From Vicugna vicugna (Eukaryota): a stretch of DNA of 64,000 nt. Location: positions 1,064,048 through 1,128,047 of the forward strand of contig MU057947.1 of the NCBI GenBank assembly GCA_013265495.1, in the 5' to 3' direction. How positions within the stretch are numbered: position 1 is the first letter of the stretch; every line of letters begins with the position of its first letter. Positions 37,270 to 49,570 of the stretch are shown here, one piece after another. Position numbers and translations under genes: made by a program. Below the pieces are notes generated by a model. The model had not been told where the DNA came from. It ran no database searches and saw only the letters and a list, made by a program, of their open reading frames with translations.

Positions 37270-39570
37270 GGGTGCTGTCTGAGCAGAGGCGGAAGGTGTG
37301 CAGCCCGGCGGTGTTTCAGCAGAGAGAAGGGCAGGGAGCACTGGTAGTTTGCAGAGAAAAGCCAGTGGGCCTGTTCTGCCCAGGGACTTGGGAACCTAAC
37401 CAGAGCACACGGGAAACTAGCCCATCCAACAGCCCTGCTTACAGTGGCCTTTGAACAGAAAGCACGGCCGTGGCTTCACCCAACCAGGAAATTCAGTGCC
37501 TACCCTTGTCTGCCTGGGGCCCCAAACAATACCTGTCTGGACTCGGGTCCCGTCCTGCTGCCCTGGAAGGGCAGGGAAGCTGATTCATTGCCAATTTATG
37601 GCTGGATCTAGTCCCTAGTCCCGGCCATCTAGGAAGCCTGACTGAAGAACTCAGGCACCCTCAGAGCCCTCCTACAGCCTCACTCACACTGGAAGCAAGA
37701 CAGCAGTTCTGTCCAGCTGTTCCCAGTCAGTGAGACACCCACCGTCCCCATCCTCAGGGCTCCAACAGTTGCCTTGCTCCCAGAACAGACCATCACAGCA
37801 GACGTTACACAGCGCCACCCGCACAAGTTATAAGCAGACACACCCAGAAACCCGGACTGGGCTGATGAGCGGAGTGAAGAACTGTCTCTGCCAGAGCAAC
37901 CTGCAAGTCGGGAAGAGAGACTGATGATGCAGGTAACAACAAAAGGAATCAAGGGCCACGAAAAGCCAGGTAACTGTGACACCACCACAGGAAACGGATA
38001 AAGCTCCCATAACTGACCGTAAGGAAATGGGGATCTATGAACTGCGCAAGACTTCGGAGTAGTCCTCTTAACAAAGTTTGGTGGACTGAAAGAACACACA
38101 GACAACTGCACAAAATAAGGAAAACAGTTCACAAACAAAACAAGAAGATTGACATAGCAATAGAAACCACAAAAACGAACGAACGAACGAACTGAAATCC
38201 TAGAGGTGAAAAATGATGGTAACTGACCTGGAGAATTCAATAGAGAGTTTCAGAGGAGGAATAAAGACTTTCGCAAATAAACAAAAGCTGAGGGAGTTTA
38301 TTACCACTAGGATTGCCTTATGAGAAACGGTGAAGGGAGTTCTTTGAGTGGAAGAAAAGTATGCTGATTAAAAACATAGGCAACAGAAGACTCACTGGTA
38401 GTGCTAAATCTGTAGTCAAAATTGGATTCTGTAATTTGGTGATGGTAGTACATAATTCACTTACAACTCTAGTTTAAAAGTTAAAAAAGTGAATGTAGTG
38501 AACAGAACCACATTAAAAACAATCTGTTACTAGTTACACAGGGTAAAAAATGTAAGTTGTAGCAGCAGTAACCTAAAATGTGAGCAGGAGAAGTCAAAGT
38601 GTAAAGGCTTGGAATTCTGTTGAAGTTGACTGTTGTCAGCTTGAAATGGGGGTTATCATTTTAAGGCATTGTATGTAAGCCTCATGGTAGCCACACAGGA
38701 AAAGCCTGTAGCAGTTACACAAAAGAACATGATAAAGAAGTCAGTGCATGCTGACATCAGCAGAGATCAAAACATGAAAAAAGGCAGGAGGCTGGGAAAC
38801 AGGAAACAACAGATTCACAAAAGAACCAGAAAACAGTGAGCAAAAGGGCAGTAATAGGCCCTGATCTATCAGTAATTACTTAAACAAACATAGTAAATTC
38901 TTCAATCCGAAGGCATGGAATGGCCAAATGGATTAAAAACGGAGATCGAATGCTATGCTGCCTACAACAGACTCACTTCAGCCTTAAGGACACACACAGA
39001 CTGAGAGTGAGGGGATGGAAAAAGCATTTCAAGCAAATGATTACATATATATATATACACACACATATACATATACATACAAACTAATAGACACACACAC
39101 ACACACAGAACTGTAAATATTTATGCTCCCGACTTTGGAGCACCTGATTATATAAAGCAAAGTCTCACAGAGCAAAAAGGAGAAACCAACAGTAACACAA
39201 TAATAGCTGGGGACTCCAATACCCCACTGGTAACAGTGGGTCGATCATCCAGACAGAAAATGAGTAAGGGAAGAGTGGATGTGGATGACATGGTAAACCA
39301 GTAGGTCTAAGAGGCGTGTTCAGAACATTCTGTCCAGCAGTGGCAGAATGCACATTCGCCTCGAGTGCGCTGGGACGTTTTTTAAGATAGGCCATATATG
39401 AGGCCACAAAGCAAGTCTTAGCAAATTCAAGAAGATTGAAATCATCCCTTGGTCTTCCCTGACTGCAATGACATGAAGCTGGAAATCACTGAGAGATGGA
39501 AAATTCACGAACACGTGGAAATTGTGCAACACTCTTCTGAACAACCAATAGATCAAAAAAAGAAATTGAA
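37270..39570 (+). mobile_element. Old L1 5' half (5'UTR, ORF1 remnant, long spacer, EN region)
   Basis: gaaatcctagaggtgaaaaat; aaagctgagggagtttattaccactag; tgctgcctacaacagactcacttc; aaattcaagaagattgaaatcat. Confidence 0.8.
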
Positions 39571-39574
39571 TCAA

Positions 39575-40110
39575 TTGACAGTGGCCAATGGTTTCATTAA
39601 TTGTGCCTGTGGAAGCCTCCATGAAAACCCAGTAGGACAGGGGTTCAGAGAGCTCCCAGGCTGGTGGTCACATGGAGATCTGGGGAGAGTGGTGTCAGGA
39701 GAGGGCATGGAAGCTCCTTTTCCTCTTTCCAGACCTGGCCCTGTGCGTCTCTTCCATGTGGCTGTTCCTGGGTTGTTCCCTTTTATATTAAGCCAGTGAT
39801 AAAATATTTGACTTCTGTGAGCTGCTTTAGCAAATGAATTGAACCCCAGGAGTAGGGTAGTGGGGACTTCTGCTCCTCTGTAGCCAGTGAATCAGAAGCA
39901 CAGGGGCAGCTTGCACCTGCTGTTGGTGTCTGAAGTGGCAGCTGGGTGGGAGGGCAGTCTTGTAGGACTGAGTCCTTAACCTGTGAGATCTGGTAGCGTC
40001 AGAAGTGAGTTGAATTGTAGGACGCCCAGTTGGTTTCATGGAGAATTGCCTGAATGTGTGGGGAAAACTCCCCGCCCCCTGCAACACTTTGGAATTGGGG
40101 GTCCAGAGCA
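39575..40110 (+). mobile_element. MER21-type ERVL LTR fragment
   Basis: ggccaatgg...gaagcctccatgaaaaccc...gagggcatggaagctcc...gaattgtaggacgcccagttgg; inverse homologue at 52760-53440. Confidence 0.8.
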
Positions 40111-40119
40111 CTTTTGCTT

Positions 40120-40820
40120 GCAGAACTAAACATACTCTGACCATAGGACCTAGCAATCACACTCCTTAGTATTTACATAATCACACTATTTGTTTATGTC
40201 CAGAAAAACCTACATGTGGATGTTTATAGCAGCGTTAGTGTAATGGCCAAAACTTGGAAGCAACCAACATGTCCTTCAGTAGGTGAATGGATTAATAAAC
40301 TTGGTCCATCCAGACAATGGAATATTATTCAGTAATAAAAAGAGATGAGTTTTCAAATGGTGAGGAAATATAAATGCACGTTACTAGGTGAAAAAAAAGT
40401 CCATCTGAAAAGGCTACATATTGTGTGATTCTGACTGTTGGATGGTCTGGAAAAGGCAAAACTGGAGACAGCATACGGGTCAGTGGGGCTGAGGATGGCG
40501 AGTGGGAAGAGTGGGTGGAGCACAGAGGGTTTTTAGGGCAGTGATGAGACCGTGTCTGACACTGTAACGATGGGTATGTGCCATTAGGCATTTGCCCAAA
40601 CCCATAGAAGGTGCAACGCTGAGAGTGGCCGCTGATGTAAAAGGTGGATAGTGGGTGACGGTGACGTGTCTGTGCAGGTTTTTCGGCTGCAGCATGTATA
40701 CCACCTGGAGAGGGTTTGATAGTGGGGGCGGATGGGCGTGTGTAGAGGCAGGGAAATCTCTATGCCTTCCATTCGACTCTGCTATGAACCCCAAACTCTT
40801 AAAAACAAAGTTAATTACAA
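40120..40820 (+). mobile_element. L1 (L1MC-like) 3' end
   Basis: tgtttatagcagcg...ttggaagcaaccaacatgtccttcagtaggtgaatggat...ggaaaaggcaaaact. Confidence 0.8.
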
Positions 40821-40833
40821 AAATTAAAGTCAG

Positions 40834-41252
40834 TTGTGTTAGTTTGGGTGCTGCAGAGGAAGAGTCAATAGGACGTGTGTGTGTTCACATAGAGAGGGAG
40901 AGAGGACGAGAGAAAGAGACAGTTATTTCAAGGAACTTGCTGGTGTGGCGTTGGAGGTGGGCGAGTCTGAAATCTAGAGGGTCGGCCGGCAGGCTGGGGA
41001 CCTGGGGAGAGAGGATGCTGCAGCTCAGGTCTGGAGGCCGTCTCGGGCAGGATTCCCTCTTCCTCAGGGAACCTCAGTCTTTTTCTCTCAAGGCCTTCAA
41101 CTGATTGGATGAGGCCCACCACGCAAAGGAGATTGATCTGATCTACTCAGAGTCTACTGATTTAAATGTTAGTGTCTTCTTAAAAACACCTTCGCAGGGG
41201 CTCAGGTTGGTGTTTGACCTACTACCTGGGTACTCTTGCCTAGCCATGTCGA
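40834..41252 (-). mobile_element. ERVL LTR (MLT2-type)
   Basis: ccttcaactgattggatgaggcccacc...gtctactgatttaaatgtta...aaaaacaccttc. Confidence 0.85.
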
Positions 41253-42679
41253 CCGCTGGAGCAGTCCTCAAATATGGCGTCATCTCCCAGTTGTGGCTTG
41301 AGTTCAGAAGCAAGGAAGTTACCTATGCATATTTTTCCAAGTGAGAACTTCATTTTTCTGATCATAAAAATACACCCTCATGTATTTAACTGAAACTCAG
41401 TAAAGAACAGAGAGGGAAGAGAAGGAAAGAGCCTCTCTCATACCTCTGTCTGGAAGAGCCACTGTGCACACCTCTTCTGAGCAAACGGTCACACCTGTGT
41501 GCACGCCCCCACCCCAGCACTTCTATAGAAACAAGGTGATGTTGCAGGAGCTGCCTCCTCTGTTTACTCGGCAGCATCCCCAGCCTGCGGAACGGGTGTT
41601 GGTATGTATCATTCTTACTAATGGCTGCGTCGGTTTCCACTGAGTCAATGTATCATCACTGACGTAGCCACCCACGTAATTATGGGTGTTTAGGTTGCTT
41701 CACTGAGGTTTGAATATTTATTTTGCACAGTTGTCTAATGACCTGCGTGGAACAAATTCCCCGGAAAGGATCATCTGTGTGCAAGGGTCAGTGTGTTAGA
41801 TTCGGACTCCTGTTGCGCCGCTGGCCTGGGGTGTGGTTGCCTTGACTTACAGTCCGGCCGGCAGCGGACTTTAAATGTTTGCCAGTATGATACACGGGGA
41901 AGGGCAGCCATGATTGTTCTTGGACTGGAGGCTTTGAAATACATCTGTCGTTTCCTCGTGATTCTGGACCCACCTCCTCTGTCCTACAGACTGTCATGAG
42001 TAGAACAGAAGAGAGACGAATGACGCTCCTTTCTTAGGATAAAGGAAGGGGGCCCATCACGTACTCACTGTTTTACGTCCAGAAGCACGTGGTGACGTGG
42101 GTCCCGGGAAGGGAGGTGTAGAGAAAACCACGGGGTCGGCATCTTTAATTGTCACACCAAGGTGCTGGAAATTGCCGCGGAAGTAAACGCCGGATGATTT
42201 AACACTCCCTCTCCGATCCAGACTGCGTCTGCGAAATGGAGCGAAGGGGTATGAAGAGCGGCCAGCAGTGGATCGTGGTGAAAAATGGGTGGAAGAGATA
42301 CGCGCTTGCTCAGTCCCGGGAGCACGGGGAGGCCGTGGATGGAAAGGGCTGAAAGGCGTTTAATTTAAAAAGAAGTCTCCTTGCCAGTTGCCGAGCCCCC
42401 GTAAGGAGGGAGCGTGTCGTGCACCAGACGGAGGGCTGCTGTCCAGGTGCGAACCTCGTGTTGGCACATTTCCTTCCTCTGATCCTCCCGGCCTGCGTCC
42501 TCGTGGGCGCGGCCCCTCTGCAGTGAGGAGGAGTTGGGGGAGGCCTGCCGGGGCCACGCTGCCAGCCCCACACGGGCCTGGGTCACCTGGCCCCACCGCT
42601 CCCTGACCGGTGCAGAGGGACCTCGCAAAACCCCGAGGCCTCGCTCACCCCTTGCCCTCGGTGCTTGATTTTAATTTTA

Positions 42680-43740
42680 ATTTTTTATCTTTATTGAGGT
42701 ATAGTGATGTACAATATTATATAAGTTACAAGTGTACAACATGGAGTTTCACAATTTTTAAAGGTTATACACCATTCATAGTTATTATAAGGTGTTGGCC
42801 GTGTCCCTGTGCTGTGCAGGGTGCTCTTGTAGCTTGTTTTATACACAGCAGTTTGCACCTCTAAGTCCCATACCCCTGTCTCCCCCTGCCCCTTCCCTCT
42901 GCCCACTGGTAACCACAGTTTGTTCTGTGTATCTGTATCTGTTTCCTTCTTGTTATAGTCGCTAATTTGCTTTATTTTTAAAACTCCACATATAAGCAAT
43001 ATCATACAGTATTTGTCCTTTTCTGTCTGACTTGCTTCACTAAGCCTAATACCCTCCAAGTCTATTCATGTTGTTGCAGATGGCAAAATTTTGTTCTTCT
43101 TTTTAATGGCTGAGTAGTATTCCATTGTATAAATACACCACCTCTTCTATGTCCAGTCATCTGTGGATGGACACTTAAGTTGACTCCATATCTTGGCGAT
43201 TGTAAATAATGCTGCTGTGAACATTGGGGTGCGTGTATCTTTTTGAATTAGTGTTTTGGGGTTTTTTTTTTTTGGGTGTATGCCCAGGAGTGGAATTGCT
43301 GGGTCATACGGTAGTTCTATTTTTAGCCTTTTGAGGAACCTTCATACTGTTTTCCACAGTGGCTGCTCCAGTTTACATTCCCACCAGCCATGTACGAGGG
43401 CTCCCTCTTCCCCACACCCTCGCCAACATTTGCTGGTTGTGATCTATTTGATGATAGCCGTTCTGACAGGTGTGAAGTGATACCTCACTGTGGTTTTAAT
43501 TTGCTTTTCTCTGGTGATTAACGATGCTGAGCCTCTTCCCACGTGCCTGATGGCCATCTGTATGTCTGCTGCAGAAAAATGTTTACTGAAGTCTTCAGCC
43601 CGTTTTTTAATCAGGTTGTTTGACTTTCTGATGTTGAGTTGTTTGAGCTGTTTATGTATTTTGGGTATGAACCCCGTATCAGTCATAGCTTTAGCAAACG
43701 TCTTCTCCCGTTTCATAGGTCGTCTGCCCTCGGTGCTTTT
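42680..43740 (-). mobile_element. 5'-truncated L1 (3'UTR plus ORF2 C-terminus)
   Basis: Remnant translations LSEASQTEKDKYCMILLICG and [13 protein letters not shown]; terminus tttattgaggtatag. Confidence 0.9.
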
Positions 43741-44939
43741 CTCTCTTATCCCGCCCTTCCTCCAGGCGAGCTGCATCCTGCTGGGGCAGGGGAAGCAGCG
43801 GCTGCCCCTCCTGGAGACTTGCCCTCAAGAGGTGCTGAGGGCACTTTGCCCGACAGGTGGATGGGGTCTTCTCTCACTGGTGGGCGTGACGTTGAGTGAT
43901 TGTCCATTCGGACAGCATGCGAACCCCTGACTGTCGGTGAACAGTGTACAATGCAGGGGCTGCCAGCTTTTGTCCCAAGTTCTAGGGGAAGGGCCTGCCC
44001 CTGACCAGCCCTGGAGAGGCCCCACAGACAAGCCTGAGTCAGAGGCACCCCTCTGAGTGGGCAGGACTCCCAGGGTGCTGGGTTTCCACTCCGCCCTTTC
44101 AGGGGTCTCACAGAATGGACAGCATCTCTCCACATCTATGCTTCCAACCCCCAGACACTCCAAAGAATGAACCCCAAGAGGGCACCCTGACCAGGCCTGG
44201 CCCGCCACCCCTTGCCCACCCCGGGGAAAACTCAGGGACTGTCTGTCCCTCTTCTGTCTCGTGGCCCCTGGTTGTCAGGGTTGGCGCCTTCTCCCTGCCA
44301 TCACAGCGTCTGATCAGATGAGAAGGGGGTGTTTCCAGAAAGAGTCACCTGCAGTGCGTGTGCTGGGTGCAGTGGCCATCCGTCCTGCTCTGTTGGGACA
44401 AGCCTGGCCCTCGGTAATGGTCAATAGCTTTCCCTTTCACCCTCGCAACTGCCTCAGTTTGGGTGATGGATGACAGGGTCCCCTACTGTCAGGGCATCCG
44501 TTGATTGGATGGCAGCCAACGGGCCTCACCGGCTGGGGAGGGTCCTGGCCGGGTGGTGGGTCCAGCCCTTCAGGGAGCAGCCCTGGGCTTTCTAACCGGG
44601 TGGCTGGTCCTGCTGGGTGGGGGAACCTGCCCCGGTCTCCATTCGTCAGAGGACGGCACCCCCTCTCTGTTTGGCAGCCATATGCATGGAGGGAGGTGAA
44701 TACATACTGTCCTGCAAGCTCAGTGTCTGATAAAACTGGAGAATCGTCATTAAGTTCCGAGATGTGACCGTGACAGCCATGAAGGGCCATGCCCTTAGCC
44801 CTGGAAGCAGCTCTTGCGGTGGGTGGGCTGCCGGAAGGGGCGGCCTAGGTGTGACTGGGGCCGGCAGCTGCCCTCTGCTGTGCTTCCTCCTCTTTGTCCT
44901 CCAGCAACACCGGTCACCTTCGCTGCCTTCGCCTCGTGG

Positions 44940-45050
44940 GAACAGCAGAGGCTTTGGAATCGCGCAGACGGTTCAGATTCCGGCTCTGCCACGTGGCTGG
45001 GATGTGATCTGGGGCAGGGCACGCAGTCCCTCTGAGCCTCGGTTTCCTGG
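44940..45050 (+). mobile_element. MIR fragment
   Basis: ggctttggaatc...gttcagattccggctctgccac...ctctgagcctcggtttcc. Confidence 0.7.
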
Positions 45051-47479
45051 GTCTGGAGCTCAGTAAATGCGTGTTGAGTGGACTTGGTGGCCGGGAAATG
45101 CAGCGGTAGCCCCAGCCCCACCCGTCTCTCTCTGCCCCGAGGTTGGTGGTGATTACCGTTAGCCTGGGCGGAGCAGAGCAGAATTTCCACGTGCTGCCCG
45201 TCCTCACCCGTGGAGGCTCTGGGGCCCTGAATTTCAGTAAGCGAAGCTGGAGGAGGCCTGAGCCACAGCTGTTGCTTGTAAGCCAGTTGGCTGATGTAGA
45301 TTTAAGCCTTTTGGCTCGAGTGGGTACACTGGCCTGACGCATCGTCGCTGTAACACTGAGGACGCCCCTGTCTGATCATGGCCGTGGGATCACTGATGTT
45401 TGAGTCAGGGTTCTTGAAAGGTGCTTTCTGTTCTCCCACGCCCTGCAAAGACCCCTGGGTTCCTTCAGCTCCACCCACACTCACCACTGCCACTGCTGTT
45501 CCTGAGGGCGCCTCACTGCTCCCCCCATGTGCACCCCCATCCTCCTTCTCCTTGGGTCCCTTCCTTTAGGGCTTGGCCCAAAGGCCTCCTCCTCCATGCT
45601 GCCCTCCCAGATCACTGCACCCAGGCTTTCGGAGGCTCTGTCAGGTGTTTATCTGCTCCACGAGCCTTGGGGCAGGACCGGCCTCTTGTTCACCTTGCCC
45701 AGTGTTCCCAGCTGCTCCTGCAGAGCTTCCTGCATGTGCTCGCGCCCTGCTTCTTCTTTCTGCCTGGATGGTTGTGTTCAGAGCCTTGGAAACGCAGTGT
45801 ATGCAGCTCATCATTTTAATTCGTGCTTAAAACATGCTCTGAGCAGCGTGTTTCTGGGAGACCCTGGCGGGTGCATGGCGTCAACTCTGTGGTCGCCTCC
45901 CCGGGTCACTCATCTCCAGTTCCGTGCTTGTTCTCGGCGTCCTCGGAGCCTGGGCTTCCGCGTAGGCAGGACTGTGGCGGCTCAGTGCGCTGGTGGGCAG
46001 ACAGGTTTGTACTGTCGTTTTTTTTCTCGCAGAAGCACTTTTCACAGATGTATAGATTCTCACCTGATGCCGTTTCCCATGGTTGTGTGATGTCTTACCT
46101 CCTGGGTGTCCCGTGACTGAGCCCAGCCTTCCTTTTACGTCTGGGTATTGAACTTGTTTGAAACTTGCCACAAGCCCGCGGGGCGTCCTGGCGCCCGCGT
46201 GCGTCGTCCGTTTGTGGCCCTGGCTCCTCAGGAGAAAGTCACAGCGGAAAAATGACCGGGTCAAGTCCGAGGCTGTCGGCCCTTAGGGCAGAGGCACCGT
46301 CTGGAAGCGGAGCTGCTGACGCCGCTCCCGGCAGCGCGAGGCCGCGGGGGCCACCAGCGCATCACCGCAGCTGCGCCCCCGTTTCATCTCGTCAGCATCA
46401 CGACTGGGGAGCAGCGAGGGCTCAGGCAGCTGCTGGCTTTGCGCCTTGAATCAGCTTTTTAGCCGCCTTGTCCCAGCGTGGTCACTGGTGTAATGAAGGT
46501 CAGGGAGCAGGCCACCTGGCCTGGACCTCTGGACGCGAATCCCCCAGCATAGCCCTTCCTCAGGATGCCCTCCCCGACGTCCTGCAGGCGCTGCTCAGGC
46601 TGTTCGGGGCCCGCGACGCATCTGTTTTCTAGATGAACGAGTGACACGTGAGGCTCCCTGCCTCCCAGACTGGCAGGCCCCGACGTGAGTGCCATCTCGC
46701 GCTGGGCTGGTCGCTCCAGGCTGGTCACTGGGCTGCTCCCCTTGGCCTGTTCGTGCACCTGGGACCTTGTGTCTGGCCTGACTGGGTCGGGATCTGGCGG
46801 ATCCCCGCTCAGCCCTCACCCACAGCCCCGCCTCGGAGCAGGGTGCCTGGATCCAGGGGTCTGAGCCATTCTCTGAGCTGCACAGAGAGCCCCAGCACCT
46901 GCCCTTGGAGTGTGTGAGTACAGATCTGAGTGTGACTGTGTACTTGTGTGTGTGGGGTCTGTTGCAGTCTTTGTGTTCATGTGCAGCAGGTCAAGGGTCT
47001 GGCCTTTGGCCTGTCTGGGGCCCTGTACCTTGCCAGGCCTGGCTGGCCACAGCCCCCCAGGCCCATGGAGGTACGGATGGAAAGACCAGTGGGTCCAGCA
47101 TGGGCCTCATAGGAACCAGGTGGGTGGTGAGTCTGAGTGGGGCTGGGGTGTCTCAGAGAAGGAGGCCCGTGGGGAGCACACTGGAAGTCTCCCCTGTGGG
47201 TGTCAGTTATGCTAAAAAGCTTAGGTTCCTCTGATGCAGGAGAACTCCTCCTGCCCTCAGGACTTCCGGGGTGGGGGTGTCCACTGGCCTCCCTGGGGTC
47301 CCTGCCTGCGTAAGGGGGTTGGGAGTACACTGAGGGCAGAGGGAGGGGGCCCGGGCTGCTTCCGTCGTGATGTCCTGGATCCTGCGGTGGACACTCCCCT
47401 CGTGGTTTCCCATCTGTCAGGAGTTTACCCCAAATGCAGAGTCCTGTGTGAAGCCCCTCCCAGGGCCTTCTCTTGTGCT

Positions 47480-48175
47480 TGTGACCAAATCCAGGTTTGA
47501 AAGCCAATACTCGAGAGACAAGTGTTGGAAGCAACGGAAAGGTTGCTTTTTTCAAGAGGCCGGCCACCTGGGGATAAGGTGGGCTCGTGTCCAAGAACCA
47601 ACCTCCCACTGTCAGTCGGGGGAGCGAGCTTCTATAGGGGAGTTTCAGGGGTGCACAGTCGGGGTGAGGGGGCTACGCGCAGACCAGCACAGTCAGCTCT
47701 GACCGTCATGTTGAAACTGCACGTGGTGTCTGATCAGCAGCACCTTGATTGTTTCAAGCACAGTTAACCTTCAGTTCCAGGGTCAGTCTGTTCCCGTTTC
47801 CTTGAGGCCAGTTCTTGGGATTGCCGCCTCTTCCGTCCTGGCTCCGGTCTGGTCATCACCTAGTTAACTTCTTCCACCCGGTAAGGGTGCCAGTCTCTGC
47901 AAAGCAGCTCAGAGGGCAGGCTCGGAATATTATCTGCAGTCCTTGAGGAGGGCCTAGATAGAGGTCCTTGACTTTGTTTAATGGCTGGACCATTCTTATT
48001 TTGCCTCGTTTGACAATTTTCCTTTGTTTCTGCATTTTCTCATTTCTCTTATTAAATTTATTCTTTGGCACTCAGGGAAGGCTTAGGAAGCTCAAGTTTT
48101 CCTGCAGACAAGAGGCCGGCAGAGGGTGGGGCGGTGTCTGTCCAGGAAGGCCCTGGAGGGTCCTGCTCGGTTACA
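47480..48175 (-). mobile_element. Solo ERV1-like LTR (~700 bp)
   Basis: TG...CA ends with perfect 4-bp TSD TGCT (47476-47479 / 48176-48179). A TATA-like element on the minus strand at ~47630 suggests the orientation. Confidence 0.8.
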
Positions 48176-49125
48176 TGCTGCTTCGCCAGAAGTCATCTTG
48201 CGTTTTGATGATGGACTATTCCTTCAGGAACTTGGCCTTCCTTCTTGGCTGACTGAGTGTCACTGGTAGTTTTCTGAAAAACAGAAGATTTAAATGTGGT
48301 GTTAGATTTAGTTTTTCAACAAGGTGCCTGAGGTCTTGTTCACAGCCGTGTTTTGTTGCTGATTGAAAATATTGGCATCTTGAATTATCTCCTTTCTACT
48401 GACTGTACTATTCTGATTATCCTGGAAAATTTAGAGGAAATTCTTCTAAAGGGGGGGCTATTTTAGCATTTTTGTCAGGATGGCAGGGATGGGAGAGAGG
48501 GCGGGCTGTCACTGACGTCTTTCGATGGAACCGCATGTTGCGAGCCAGCCATGGTCAGCGTGCTGGTGTCTCCAAACCCGGGGTGCAGTCGGCCTGAGGG
48601 AGAAGCTGTAGAAGACGGGTTTCAGCAAGCCCATCTGGACTTCCCTTGGTGCAGTCCCCAGCAGTTCTGCTGCTGGGACACACGTGAACCTGGGCGGGAC
48701 GTGGAGAAGCAGCCATCAGCTGGACTGTCCAGGTGGAGCGGGGCGTGGAGTGGACTGTCATCTCCCATGAGCAGACCTGGGGCACACAGCACATCTGCGG
48801 GTCACCTACCTACCTGTGGGCTGCTGGCGCTGCCCGTGACCCGCAGAGGCTCTGCCGGGGAGGGTTCTGGAAGGCGTGGGAATGGGCTCCTGCGTGTGTC
48901 AAGACCGGGAAGGAGCCACATGACCCCCCTTGTTTCCTGCCACCCACGGAGCAGCGACGTCCCTGCTCACGTGGCACCACGAGCATCGTTTCCTAGACTT
49001 CCTAGAAACGGAGCACATTGGCCCAAGAGCACGCTAACAGGCCATGTCTTCTGTTTGCAGTAGCTCCAGCACGGCCCTTCCCAGAGGGGGAGGTCATTTT
49101 ACGGATGGTCCACAATTGAACCCTT

Positions 49126-49570
49126 TACTAGCTTCCCAAGGCCAACAGTGGAACAAGTGGCCCCAGCTGGGTGGCTCACAACAGCAGGAGTTCATTCCCC
49201 CACAGTCCTGGAGGCCAGAAGTCTGGACGCAAGGTGTCTGCGGGGTTGCTTCCTTCCTGAGGGAGAGTCCAGTCCACGGCCCTCCCCCAGCTTCTCGTGG
49301 CTCCGGGAGCCCTCGGCAGACCTCGGCTTGTGGATGCATCACTCCATCTCTGCCTCCCACTTCACGCGGCCTTCTCCCCTTGTGTCCGTGTGTCCAGCCT
49401 TTCTAAGGATGCCAGTTACTGGGTTTAGGGCCACCCAACGTCCAGGATGGTCTCACCTTGAGATCCTTAATTACGTCTGCAAAAACCCTACTTCCAAAGT
49501 AGCCCCCTTCACAGGTGCGGGGGTGAGGAATGGATACATACTTTGGGGTCCACCATTCACCCCACGACAC
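49126..49570 (-). mobile_element. MaLR solo LTR (MLT1-type)
   Basis: acaacagcaggagttcatt...cacagtcctggaggccagaagtc...caccttgagatccttaattac. Confidence 0.85.
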
